A stretch of 64,000 nt of DNA, taken from positions 1 through 64,000 of the forward strand of contig JBHLPF010000010.1 of assembly GCA_048939765.1 (NCBI GenBank), read 5' to 3'. The position numbers and the translations under genes are program-made. This DNA is from Promethearchaeota archaeon (GTDB taxonomy: Archaea > Asgardarchaeota > Thorarchaeia > Thorarchaeales > Thorarchaeaceae). This document shows, in pieces, positions 40,474 to 50,210 of the stretch. Below the pieces are notes generated by a model. That model did not search any database and was not told the DNA's origin. It was given only the letters and a program-made list of their open reading frames with translations. Each line of letters opens with the position of its first letter. The stretch's first letter is position 1.

Positions 40474-42750
40474 ATGAATAGACACCAGAAACGAGCACTG
40501 ACAAAAATAGCTATTTTTGTACCATTGGCATTGCTGGCCATAGGAGTAGCTATTGGAGTCTTGGATATCGTTTCCATCACAGAAACCGCTCGAGTAGCAG
40601 CTCACTCGCTTCTATCATATTGGGTATCAATCCCAGCAGCCATCCTTGTTCTGGCGTTTGTTAGGCGTCCCTCGAGATCATTGGCAGCATTCGCGGCCGC
40701 GCTCCTCTTTCCTATCATGGTGAACATTGGAAGTGCAATCAGCTACAGGACTTACCTCTTAGCTCCCTCCGGGGTAAAGAATCTCTCCAATCTTGTGACA
40801 GACATATACGAGTGTGCAGTTTTTGGCGTCCTCATCTTGGTAGCTCTGACTCTGCGCCAAGATCCAAGCAAAGAGAAGGGAATGACAGCTCGCAAGGGCA
40901 TTGTGATTGGATTCGCCTCTGTATTAATCCTTGGAGCTCTTTACGGTGTCATATGGTTCTTCCTGATTCCGCTCATGACTCCTGAGGTTCTAATCTATTT
41001 CGGGAGTTCCACGGCGCTCTCCGGTATCGTGATGACACTTGGCGCCGTCTATTTATTGCTCAAAAATGGATACGAGGAGCCTTCCGTAGACATCGGCTAT
41101 TTTGCAAGTGCTTGCATACTCTCTGCGATTGCTATTTGTATATTAGTAGCAGAACTCTTCCTTTCATCCGCCCTCTGGATATACGCGGAAACAATACAGA
41201 TGGCTTCCTACTTTTTGATTACGATTTCCCTCTGTGTTCCCTTTCTTAGAAATGCTGGATACAAGCGGATGACAGCATATCTCATTGTTGTTGCTCTGGC
41301 TTTACTCTCCTATCTGCCTTTCACCATCACTATAGAGATTGAAGCAGCAGAACTCTACGGTTCTCTGTACTTGAACACCCTAGCATTTTCAATCATTCAT
41401 ATCGGAGTTGGATCTCTTTCGATTATGATGGGCTTTCTCCTCTTCGCATATTCGAGGCGACACCCATCGAGAAACCTCTATGCCCTTATCATGTTGTTCG
41501 TGCTCTGGGCTGAAGTGTCTGCAGTTTCGGTGCTAACAGTATTGCCACTCGGATTCACGCTTCTCGGAGAGCCGATTGTTTCGTATCTGGTTGGCAGCAT
41601 TCTATCAATCCCTCTCTTGTATTTAGCCATACGTTGGACTCCGAAGAATCATCTGCAAGAGGCGAGCCCTCCTTCAACATGGCTCCTTCTTGCAGGATCA
41701 TTCATCATGTTAGGAGCCATATTAGCTGGAGAGGTTGGGAATCAACTTGTTCTACAACGGTACATATGGCTTTCTGGAAGCCCTCTCAGCAACTCACTAC
41801 TTCTGTTTGCAAACTTACTGCTTATCTTCTTAATTGCATACTTGCTATTCACACAGGCTGAGATTTCTGGTGGTCAGACTTCAATAGAAGTCTATGTCGT
41901 CCTATTCTTGTCGATGTGGATAGTCCCGAATGTGCTAAAGAGCTATTACGATATATGGACTGCCGGCTGGTGGGTTTCAGAGATTCTGATATTGCTTGCT
42001 CTAATGATTGGTCCTGCATTTCTAGGACTTCTATATATGCGTGCGTTGCAGGATTTAGAAGACTCTCATTCAAAAGCGACGCTTTATGCAGACCTTCTCA
42101 TGCATGACATCAGCAATTACCATCAAATGCTTCTCACGGCCGTAGAGCTCCTAGGAGAGGAAGAAACATCGATTGAGCAGCGAGAACGTCTATCGGGTGA
42201 TGCATATCATGTAATCTCTCTTGCGGAGCAGCTCATCACCAATGTACGCCTTATAACTGAGAGTGAGGGTCTCCAGAGAGAATCCCTCATTCCATTGAAT
42301 CTAATGGAAACACTTGTTGAGTCTTTGGATCGGGTTATGAGAATAGCTGGGGGCAGGGGAGTAAAATTGCAATTGATGCCATTCAGCGCACAAGCCTTTG
42401 TCCTCGGCAGCGATGTGTTGAAACATGTCTTCATTAATATCATCCATGGCGTTTTACTGCAGCCACTGGATGCCCAAAGAATTAGTATCGAAATCCAGCC
42501 ACGCGTAGAGATGGGCTCTGAATATTGGATGGTTAGAATTTTCGTTCCGAACTGGTGGCTGGATATACAGAGCGATGTGTCCGCTCCCGGAGCGCAAGAG
42601 GACTTCAGTGGCACCGCATTAGGCCTTCTAGTGTCAAGGCTTGTTACAGAATCTCTTGGTGGGACCCTAACCGTTCTAAAGAGAATGGAAGAACCAGATA
42701 TGGGTACATCATTCTATGTTCTTCTTCCAGCATGTGAAAGAGATTCTTGA
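40474..42750 (+). CDS. Multi-TM sensor histidine kinase-like protein with degenerate ATP-binding domain
   Basis: About 15 TM, H-box LMHDISN. The N-box and G1 are not canonical; G2-like GTALGL. Confidence 0.8.
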   Translation: MNRHQKRALTKIAIFVPLALLAIGVAIGVLDIVSITETARVAAHSLLSYWVSIPAAILVLAFVRRPSRSLAAFAAALLFPIMVNIGSAISYRTYLLAPSGVKNLSNLVTDIYECAVFGVLILVALTLRQDPSKEKGMTARKGIVIGFASVLILGALYGVIWFFLIPLMTPEVLIYFGSSTALSGIVMTLGAVYLLLKNGYEEPSVDIGYFASACILSAIAICILVAELFLSSALWIYAETIQMASYFLITISLCVPFLRNAGYKRMTAYLIVVALALLSYLPFTITIEIEAAELYGSLYLNTLAFSIIHIGVGSLSIMMGFLLFAYSRRHPSRNLYALIMLFVLWAEVSAVSVLTVLPLGFTLLGEPIVSYLVGSILSIPLLYLAIRWTPKNHLQEASPPSTWLLLAGSFIMLGAILAGEVGNQLVLQRYIWLSGSPLSNSLLLFANLLLIFLIAYLLFTQAEISGGQTSIEVYVVLFLSMWIVPNVLKSYYDIWTAGWWVSEILILLALMIGPAFLGLLYMRALQDLEDSHSKATLYADLLMHDISNYHQMLLTAVELLGEEETSIEQRERLSGDAYHVISLAEQLITNVRLITESEGLQRESLIPLNLMETLVESLDRVMRIAGGRGVKLQLMPFSAQAFVLGSDVLKHVFINIIHGVLLQPLDAQRISIEIQPRVEMGSEYWMVRIFVPNWWLDIQSDVSAPGAQEDFSGTALGLLVSRLVTESLGGTLTVLKRMEEPDMGTSFYVLLPACERDS

Positions 42751-42779
42751 ATCTAAAAGACAGATTCTCACGTAACGGT

Positions 42780-44693
42780 TTACGCAGCCAGTGGCAATCT
42801 GATAATGAAACTTGCGCCCTTGGTGTAGTCACCTTTCACGCGGTCCTGAACATCAATTTCTCCCCCATATCGCTTCACAATTCTTTGGACCAATGTTAGA
42901 CCGATTCCAGCCGCCACCTCGCCCTCCTCAGTTAGCCTTGAGAATAGTGTGGCTTTCTTGCTGTCCTTGATTCCTGGGCCAAAGTCTTCAAACATTATAT
43001 CAATGTAATTTGAATCTTCACCAATCCTGGCGTTCACTTCCACATTCACTTCATTTCTTGAATCATGTTTTGCTGCATTGTGAAGCAGATTGAAGAACGC
43101 ATCAACTAAGAAATCATCAGCAAAAACCTTGAAGTCGCCTTTTTTGAAATTCGAGTTTACATTGATTCTCTTCTCGGGAAAGGCACTACTCACCATGACC
43201 TCGGCTGTTAGGAGTAATGGACTAATATCTAGCTCTGACAATTTCAGGGGTTCCTCAACAACTCTTGAGTATTTCCTGACACTCGCGATAATCTCGCTGC
43301 CGCGCTTGACCTGCCCTAGTGCGACTTCCACCTGAGTCACCGATTTTGGCGAAAGGCTTCCACTCATCAAAAGCAACTCAAGACTGGACATAATCCCTTG
43401 ATGGATGTTATTCAAATCGTGCGCCATAAGATCGTTGAATAGCTCTGCACGTGCACCTGCCTCCATCGCCGCATCATACGCCTCCATTTGTTCGGTGACA
43501 TCAGTGGTTATCACAAATTGAACAGGCGTACCGTCTTCTCTGCTAGTTGAGGCAAACCGATTGTTGACGTAGCGCCGGGTGCCGTCCTTTCTAACAGTCC
43601 AGAAATCAAGCTGATCAGGATACTCACCTGTCGCCATAGATTTCGCCACAATTGCACTTACTCTCTCTCTTTCTTCAGGAGCCACTAGATCAAGTGTGGT
43701 CAACTTCATGAATTCATCACGATGGTAGCCGAATATCTCGCATGTTCTATCATTGACATAGACGACTGGACCGCCCTCCATTATTGTGACTCCATCCTGA
43801 ATGGTTTCAGCCATGCTTCGAAATCGTTCCTCGCTTTCTCGAATCGCATCCTGTGCCTTTAGGATATCTGTCACATCAGTGGTTATCATAACCACAAGGT
43901 TGTCAGCTGGTCTTGTGTAATCTACAATCAAGCGTCGTGCCTCTACATGAGCAGGAATTGAGGATATCATGAAAACAATCTCAGCCCGTGATTTTCCACC
44001 CTCATTCATTGTTGTCCTAATCATCGATGACATCTCGGAATTGTCAGGAAAGAGGTCTTCTGGTGGCCTTCCGAGATATTCTTCAACTAGACCTCTTGAG
44101 AACTGCATCATGGCTTGATTCACCATTTGCAGTGCTATTGTGCCATCCTCCCTTCTCTCCCAAACATAAGCAGGATCTGGAATTGCATCAAAGGTCTGTC
44201 TGAATCGCTCCTCGTTCTCCCTAAGCGCATTCTCAGCTCGGGCTCTTGTGGTCACATCGGTTATGATTGCTTGGTAGATGGTCTCATCTTCAATCGAGAT
44301 TATTGTTGGAATGACCTCTATATGCCGTGTTTCTCCATTCGGGTGGCGGAAGCTTAACTGAAGCAATCCTTCGGTAGTTTTCCCCTTGGCTATGTCTTGA
44401 TAGAGTTTCTTGACTGTTTCAGGATCTTCGCCCGCCAAAACCCCCAGGATGTCATCCATGCCCCACGAGTATATCTCTTCAAGAGGAACACCAGAAATAT
44501 CTGAAAGGGCCAGATTCGCGTACTGCACCTTATCATTCTTGACGACAACTACACCCTGAGGCAGCCTACTAAATATGACCCGATACATCTCGAAATCAGG
44601 TATTGGAATGGTGTTGTCTTTTCCTGGTTGCACGTTAGTCCACTTCGTGGGATTCACGCAGAGCCTTGATTCCCCCAGGGAGAATTCCGGCAA
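42780..44693 (-). CDS. Cytoplasmic PAS-domain sensor histidine kinase (3 PAS)
   Basis: PAS/PAC repeats each ending TDVT, H-box AHDLNN, NLLHNA, DFGPG, GIGL. Confidence 0.93.
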   Translation of the reverse strand: MPEFSLGESRLCVNPTKWTNVQPGKDNTIPIPDFEMYRVIFSRLPQGVVVVKNDKVQYANLALSDISGVPLEEIYSWGMDDILGVLAGEDPETVKKLYQDIAKGKTTEGLLQLSFRHPNGETRHIEVIPTIISIEDETIYQAIITDVTTRARAENALRENEERFRQTFDAIPDPAYVWERREDGTIALQMVNQAMMQFSRGLVEEYLGRPPEDLFPDNSEMSSMIRTTMNEGGKSRAEIVFMISSIPAHVEARRLIVDYTRPADNLVVMITTDVTDILKAQDAIRESEERFRSMAETIQDGVTIMEGGPVVYVNDRTCEIFGYHRDEFMKLTTLDLVAPEERERVSAIVAKSMATGEYPDQLDFWTVRKDGTRRYVNNRFASTSREDGTPVQFVITTDVTEQMEAYDAAMEAGARAELFNDLMAHDLNNIHQGIMSSLELLLMSGSLSPKSVTQVEVALGQVKRGSEIIASVRKYSRVVEEPLKLSELDISPLLLTAEVMVSSAFPEKRINVNSNFKKGDFKVFADDFLVDAFFNLLHNAAKHDSRNEVNVEVNARIGEDSNYIDIMFEDFGPGIKDSKKATLFSRLTEEGEVAAGIGLTLVQRIVKRYGGEIDVQDRVKGDYTKGASFIIRLPLAA

Positions 44694-44812
44694 TCGCCCT
44701 AATCAATCTTAGAGTCCTAGTGCATGCATGCACCTGGACATAAAACAATTGGGTGGAGGTAATCCAGTGACCTTGGGGATGCAGGCGTGCTCGACTGAGT
44801 TATGGAGAGGTC

Positions 44813-44834
44813 AGCCCAGCTCGTTGACTGGGCT
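44813..44834 (-). terminator. 3' hairpin downstream of 44844..47153
   Basis: AGCCCAG-N8-CTGGGCT about 10 nt after the stop. Confidence 0.45.
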
Positions 44835-44843
44835 AATGCCTAC

Positions 44844-47153
44844 CTATTGGCCTGCCTGTCTTGGTCTTACTACAGCAAAGTATACGAAGACAACAGCCGC
44901 GAGTGCGATTGCCAGTCCTAATGTTAAGGGCAGGATGTCTATGGGGGGTGGGATGTCTATAGGGGTTGTAGGCGTTGAAGTTGATTCTGGAATATCATAA
45001 CTGAATGTATCACTTACATCATTTTTGCTGTAGACATCAAACGCCTGAACATAGTAATCAACATGTACTCCCTCAGATTCACCAGGGATGATTCCCCGGT
45101 AACCAAGACCAGATACGTAGACCATAAGTAGGCTCGACCAAGCCCCATTGTCAACTCGATAACGGAGTGTAACATTGGATAATCCAGCATCAACTACACC
45201 TGCAAAAACCATGACCTCCTCGTTTGGCTCAGGTGACAATGGGATTTGCATTATGTCAGTGATCTCCGGAGCCAAATCAGAATAGAAGTATAGGTTGTCC
45301 ATGAGGAATGTGAGTCCAGTACCAGAGCCAGCATCTCCTTCCAAGCGAAATGAGGATATGCCAACTTCATCTGTCCAGCCAAATGCTTCTACATAGTCAT
45401 GATATAGATCTCTGTGAGCCCATTCCCAACTTCCTATTGAGTTGGCTGATTCTACTATGAAGGCAGCTTCGCTTGAGGTGTTCGCATTCACGGCAGTTTC
45501 ATTATACATGAAGAAGTAGACGATTTCCTTCTCGTCCCAAAATGTGACAGCTAAGGTTGCTCTCGAATATCCTCCACTATCAAACGAGTCACATCTCCAC
45601 ATCACATCGAGATATCTCTCAAGATCACTTGCGATGTAGCTATCTTCAAGCTCTTGAGACCTCTCAAAATAGTCGCTGGAACTGAGAGTCATATTGGCGG
45701 CCTTGCTTCCCTCATAGGCATCATCTGTGACAGTGAAGAGAGAAGAAGTTTCAAAATATACATCTGAGCCCCACGCAACTATTTTTGCTCCGACTGAAGG
45801 CTGGTCCTCATACCCCATATCATTGAGTGCCGCTGAAACAAGACCGAAATCATCAAAGAGTATAGAGATTCGAGCCCCAGGACTAGTGGTTTTGAACTCT
45901 ATGCTAAAATCGAATATCGTCAAATCGAATAATACAGAAGCGCTAGCGTTGAAATAGCCTGAAGCTATCTCCCAGAGACTTGTATCCAGGTACATCCAGC
46001 TAGTGGTCGTGTTGAATCCCTCAACATGCAACACAAGAGTATCTGTGGCATTCTGCATCCATAGTGGCAAATCTCCGGCAGCAAACACCAAGTAGATGGC
46101 CATATCGTGAGTATCGTTTCTGCAATCCCAATAGAAATAGGCATATTCCTCGCCATTTAGTGAATCGACCGCATCAATTCTATAGGAAAGTCTGAAAGCA
46201 TCCCGATTGATGTTTGTAAGTCGTGTAGAGATTTGCTTATTCATTGAACAGTCGCTCTGATTTCCATTCGATGAACTGGTGATATTCAGACTCCAATCAC
46301 CAGAATGCGATTCGGTGCTTTGTGAGATTTCTGAGGCATCTCGATTGCCACCAACTGGCGTCCAATCAGCAGCGGATGTTTTGGTTTCAAAATTGCCATT
46401 CTTGGTTGACGCTGAAATGTATTCGATATCGCCGTTTTCTAAGCGAACATCATCTATGAAAGCACGTGCGAACTGGTTTGTAGAACCCTTGTGTCCAACA
46501 TAGAACTGAAGATTGTACAAGGTCCTTTCCAGCTCCATGCTTCCGAAGTTATCAACGTAGTCCCGAGTCACATTTCGATAGAATGAGTTCCATATATGCT
46601 CGGTGCCTCCAATGATGTAGTAGAGGCGGGACGATGTATTGCTCGCTGCTGGACTCCCGCTGAAGTAATACCAGATTATTTTCTCATTGGAGAATACTTC
46701 AGTGAACCGGAATCTTACTGCAAAGTAGTCCTCGTCCATAAGAGGATTAGGCATCGAGTCGGCAAACCAGTCGAACTCGACTGTGAGATTGTCAACATCT
46801 ATTCCCCAAGTGCTTTGTTGCCAGACAGCCTCTGCGGGGTGCTGGTCGTCAAGTGCACGAGCCTGCATCCCTCCGGAATAGATTCCCTCATTATGAGGCC
46901 AAGGATCAGTCGCGTTCCAGCAGTAGTGTTCTGTCGACCGACTCGTATAGAAACCATCTGGATCGCTTGGGAATTCCCATCTCTCGAAATTCCCATTTGG
47001 TATGTTATTCTCTGTCCAATCAGCTCTTGTCAAGTCAGTGTCTGAAGTTACATGGGACTTGAAAGTCATAGCTGGTACCTTCTCAGAATAAGTGAATGTG
47101 CTGAAAGCTAGAACCAACACAATAGCAAAAGCAGACAATGATACGTGGCGCAT
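44844..47153 (-). CDS. Secreted surface protein: three CBM-like jelly-roll repeats, Ig-like domain, S/T/P linker, C-terminal TM
   Basis: Repeats open with NGNFE/NGNFE/DMGYE and close with IDDVRL/FDDFGL/MDNLYF. Signal peptide present. Confidence 0.78.
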   Translation of the reverse strand: MRHVSLSAFAIVLVLAFSTFTYSEKVPAMTFKSHVTSDTDLTRADWTENNIPNGNFERWEFPSDPDGFYTSRSTEHYCWNATDPWPHNEGIYSGGMQARALDDQHPAEAVWQQSTWGIDVDNLTVEFDWFADSMPNPLMDEDYFAVRFRFTEVFSNEKIIWYYFSGSPAASNTSSRLYYIIGGTEHIWNSFYRNVTRDYVDNFGSMELERTLYNLQFYVGHKGSTNQFARAFIDDVRLENGDIEYISASTKNGNFETKTSAADWTPVGGNRDASEISQSTESHSGDWSLNITSSSNGNQSDCSMNKQISTRLTNINRDAFRLSYRIDAVDSLNGEEYAYFYWDCRNDTHDMAIYLVFAAGDLPLWMQNATDTLVLHVEGFNTTTSWMYLDTSLWEIASGYFNASASVLFDLTIFDFSIEFKTTSPGARISILFDDFGLVSAALNDMGYEDQPSVGAKIVAWGSDVYFETSSLFTVTDDAYEGSKAANMTLSSSDYFERSQELEDSYIASDLERYLDVMWRCDSFDSGGYSRATLAVTFWDEKEIVYFFMYNETAVNANTSSEAAFIVESANSIGSWEWAHRDLYHDYVEAFGWTDEVGISSFRLEGDAGSGTGLTFLMDNLYFYSDLAPEITDIMQIPLSPEPNEEVMVFAGVVDAGLSNVTLRYRVDNGAWSSLLMVYVSGLGYRGIIPGESEGVHVDYYVQAFDVYSKNDVSDTFSYDIPESTSTPTTPIDIPPPIDILPLTLGLAIALAAVVFVYFAVVRPRQAGQ

Positions 47154-47340
47154 AGTATTCCCTCTCGACCTAGATTTGCACCAAGAATCACACAATAAAC
47201 CTTTGTAGTGGCTCCCATTTTTGGTGGTGGTCGGATTGTACACGCGTTATTTCTGCTTTCTTTCAATGTGAATATATCAGCGTCAGGCAAATAAGGGCAG
47301 AATGCATTACGCCAGATTGCGAGGTAGAGGAACTGTGGCA

Positions 47341-48249
47341 ATGTCTGCAAGGGAAGAGGTGGCTCCCGTCATCAGAATGAGAATTAGCATAAACAAACCA
47401 CTTGATAGGGTCTGGGAGAAATTCATTGATCCCGTAATAATGCTTCAGTGGCTTGGAAACGAGATATCTGCCGACATAAGGGCTGGTGGTTCAATCACGT
47501 TTCTAGGCAACAATGCGCCAACGACATCCGAGCTTGGTAACAAATGGGATATTGAAGAGATTACCGAGAAAAAGGGAATCCTCCTTAGCTGGGATATCAT
47601 GGGCACGAAGACGCTGTTCGTCCTAAGATTTCGAGAGAGTCCTCGCCGCACTTATCTTGAGCTGAAACATGGTGCGATTCCGGACTCTGCATTGGATTTC
47701 CACCTTCCTGAACACTGGAATATTCTACTAGGCAATTTCAAAGCTGTATTGGAGTTGGGCAGCCCAGCACTGCGTTTCGACTACTCGGACTATCGGCCCC
47801 TTAGGATTACACGCTATGATCCTAAAGAGGTTCGAATAGCCGTTCATGTCAAAGCACCCCCGTCACTTCCATTTGATGTGTTCACCAATCCAGAGAAGCT
47901 GAAACGATTTATCCGGGCTGATGACCCCAAAATAGACCCCCAATATGCCGGATTATATACCTGGTGGGCAGAGGGCATGGGTCCAGTGGTCTTTACTAAA
48001 ATGTACCAGGATGAAGAGATTGAATTCTCTTGGGTTTATGGGAATGAGCCAGAAACGAAAGTAAACATCCGTTTCGAGGAGATCAATGGTGACACACTTG
48101 TTACACTCCATCATCATGGATTCCAACAGCCGGAATCAGTTGTGGGATATGATATCGGCTGGACCAGCATTCTCTGCGAGCTCAAACTATTCTGTGAGCT
48201 TGGCGACTCAGGAATTGAACGGCTGAGTCGCTGGGAAGAATCGATCTAG
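47341..48249 (+). CDS. Tandem SRPBCC (AHA1/START-like) domain protein
   Basis: Two repeats: VWEKFIDP...W and FDVFTNPE...GW. Confidence 0.87.
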   Translation: MSAREEVAPVIRMRISINKPLDRVWEKFIDPVIMLQWLGNEISADIRAGGSITFLGNNAPTTSELGNKWDIEEITEKKGILLSWDIMGTKTLFVLRFRESPRRTYLELKHGAIPDSALDFHLPEHWNILLGNFKAVLELGSPALRFDYSDYRPLRITRYDPKEVRIAVHVKAPPSLPFDVFTNPEKLKRFIRADDPKIDPQYAGLYTWWAEGMGPVVFTKMYQDEEIEFSWVYGNEPETKVNIRFEEINGDTLVTLHHHGFQQPESVVGYDIGWTSILCELKLFCELGDSGIERLSRWEESI

Positions 48250-48992
48250 AACATCAAGAACCAAAATGCAGTAGTTGGAAAGACAACCTGCCACATCATT
48301 ATTGCTGTTAGGATTGGGATTAGGAAATTGTCTGCCCAGGCGACGCTCAAAAGCTCGACGACGGTTATCACCGACGCCACAAGCATGATTTGAGGTAGAA
48401 TCGATAATGGAGAAAGACCTGATGAAAAGGTCAACATAGCCATGATGACGGATAAGCATGAGAAAATGAATACGCCTATAGTCCCCTCAAACGATTTACC
48501 TCTAATCTGCTTTTTGATGATGCGACCGCCATATGGCCTCCCGATGACCTCACCGGCTGCATCGCCCCACGACACGGCAAGAATTGATGCCACGATTATT
48601 TCAGGTTGCTGAAAGAAGATGATGAATACTGAAGCAAAGGACACCATTCCCATGAAACCAGCTGCGAACGTGCCAAGATATTGGTCTTCCTCTCGGCTAC
48701 CGGCAAGCAGAAGCTCGGTGATGAGGGTGCTCTTATGCGCCCATGCGTATAGGAGTATGGTCAGGAATATTCCTGCTGCAAGAAACGGGCCACTGAGATT
48801 AGAGTAATGCATTACAGTCAAAGCGATAATTGTGCCCATACTTATGTGGACGATTTTCCGCGGCTTCCATTTTGCAACCCCCTTTTCCGACCATGCATAA
48901 GCAATGGCTAGGACTACTCCACCCAAGATGCCAGTCATCGCTGCCATGATGACATCAAATAAGGTTGGATCACCAAAGACTAAGTCCACCAT
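48246..48992 (-). CDS. Polyprenol/phytol/dolichol kinase family (CTP-dependent)
   Basis: RKIVHI, WGDAAGEVIG, KSFEG and DNFLIP motifs. Confidence 0.88.
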   Translation of the reverse strand: MVDLVFGDPTLFDVIMAAMTGILGGVVLAIAYAWSEKGVAKWKPRKIVHISMGTIIALTVMHYSNLSGPFLAAGIFLTILLYAWAHKSTLITELLLAGSREEDQYLGTFAAGFMGMVSFASVFIIFFQQPEIIVASILAVSWGDAAGEVIGRPYGGRIIKKQIRGKSFEGTIGVFIFSCLSVIMAMLTFSSGLSPLSILPQIMLVASVITVVELLSVAWADNFLIPILTAIMMWQVVFPTTAFWFLMF

Positions 48993-49057
48993 TGCGAGCC
49001 CTGTAAGTTGAGCGGCCCCATTTCTTTCTTACTCGTCTGCCAGATTCTACTTCATTT

Positions 49058-49243
49058 CTAGAACTGACTCTCCCAAGCTTTGTATTGTTGCGATCGTCTA
49101 GCGCGCATGATAACGAAAGTAACAACACCAATGATGATTCCACCGCTGACCAATGAGATATTGTCAACAATGAAGTTGAAAATCTAATAGCTAGGACCTA
49201 TTGAATTCCCCCACGCTGTCGTAGTAGGGTTTCGATTCCTCAT
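49058..49243 (-). pseudogene. Amber-interrupted small single-TM ORF (gene remnant or readthrough micro-protein)
   Basis: ATG follows a GGGGT SD. Reads MRNRNPTTTAWGNSIGPSY*IFNFIVDNISLVSGGIIIGVVTFVIMRARRSQQYKAWESQF, with TAG at 49184-49186. Confidence 0.45.
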
Positions 49244-49319
49244 AACTCGTACCCCTTATTACCAGGTATAAAACCCATTTGCTCTAATTCTAGAAGGAAA
49301 ATAGAGTTAGCGGGATTCT

Positions 49320-49472
49320 ATGCATCTCCTCGATAAACTTAAGAGAAAGCCCAAGGCAAATGAATCGAAAGCGGTTCCGCTCCCAAATTGGGCAACAACT
49401 CCAACAAAGGATTTAGCGAGTTGTCCACTCGGTCTAGACGCTTTGAGGCGGCAAGAAATTGAAGATGCGTGA
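49320..49472 (+). CDS. Putative 50-aa hydrophilic protein translationally coupled to the AbrB-type regulator
   Basis: MHLLDKLKRKPK...RRQEIEDA. Its TGA overlaps the next ATG (ATGCGTGA). TATAAAA at 49267. Confidence 0.45.
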   Translation: MHLLDKLKRKPKANESKAVPLPNWATTPTKDLASCPLGLDALRRQEIEDA

Positions 49473-49992
49473 GATACTACGAATCGACGACCGTGGCAGG
49501 CTTGTAATTCCAAAATCTGCACGAGAGTATCTTGGCATTGAGAATCATATAGAACGACTTGAGAAGGGCACCGATACAATCACAATCATCGCAATCATCA
49601 CTCCAACAGATCGCGCGCTTAGACTGACATCCGTATTCAGTGAAGATCACTCAACTACGCCCATCGTTGAACGTGCTTTGAGAGACGGTGATGATGTGGT
49701 TCCCCTCGAAGTCAACAAAGCAGGAAGAATACACACAAGTAGAATAATCCGCAATATGCTAGAAATCACCCGCGATTCTTACTTGATAGCCATCCCTTTT
49801 GGTAGACAAGATGGGATAAAGGAACTTCGGATTATTCCGCTCCTGGATGCCAGCGAGGCACTGATTGTACGCATAATAAAGAAAGATGCTGTGGAATGGA
49901 GAATACTCACCCCCATTCCTGATGATCCTGAGGCACTGAAGAAGCGAATTCTCAAGATGAAAGGCGTTACGAAAGTAGACTTCTATCTTTGA
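49465..49992 (+). CDS. Tandem AbrB/SpoVT-domain DNA-binding protein
   Basis: IDDRGRLVIPKSAREYLGI and VNKAGRIHTSRIIRNMLEI. Confidence 0.75.
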   Translation: MREILRIDDRGRLVIPKSAREYLGIENHIERLEKGTDTITIIAIITPTDRALRLTSVFSEDHSTTPIVERALRDGDDVVPLEVNKAGRIHTSRIIRNMLEITRDSYLIAIPFGRQDGIKELRIIPLLDASEALIVRIIKKDAVEWRILTPIPDDPEALKKRILKMKGVTKVDFYL

Positions 49993-50210
49993 CAATCCTA
50001 ATGCTCAGCCAAAAATCTTAAATAGATGTATTTCCCAGATTGGGATGTCCCAAATTGGGATACAAACACGAACGAACTTTGGAATGCAACCTTTCCTTAC
50101 CTCCTCAGAAGCAAAGCAAATGGTTGGATTTGCAAGGGACCTGGTGGCAATGGGCCCTGGCCGGGGCTCATTGCCCCTTTACACTGCTTTTATCAGTCCG
50201 CCAATACCCA

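Noticed and set aside
44714-44739. Perfect palindrome GTGCATGCATGCAC upstream of the PAS kinase
   Set aside because: It is a low-complexity TGCA repeat in single copy and cannot be distinguished from chance.
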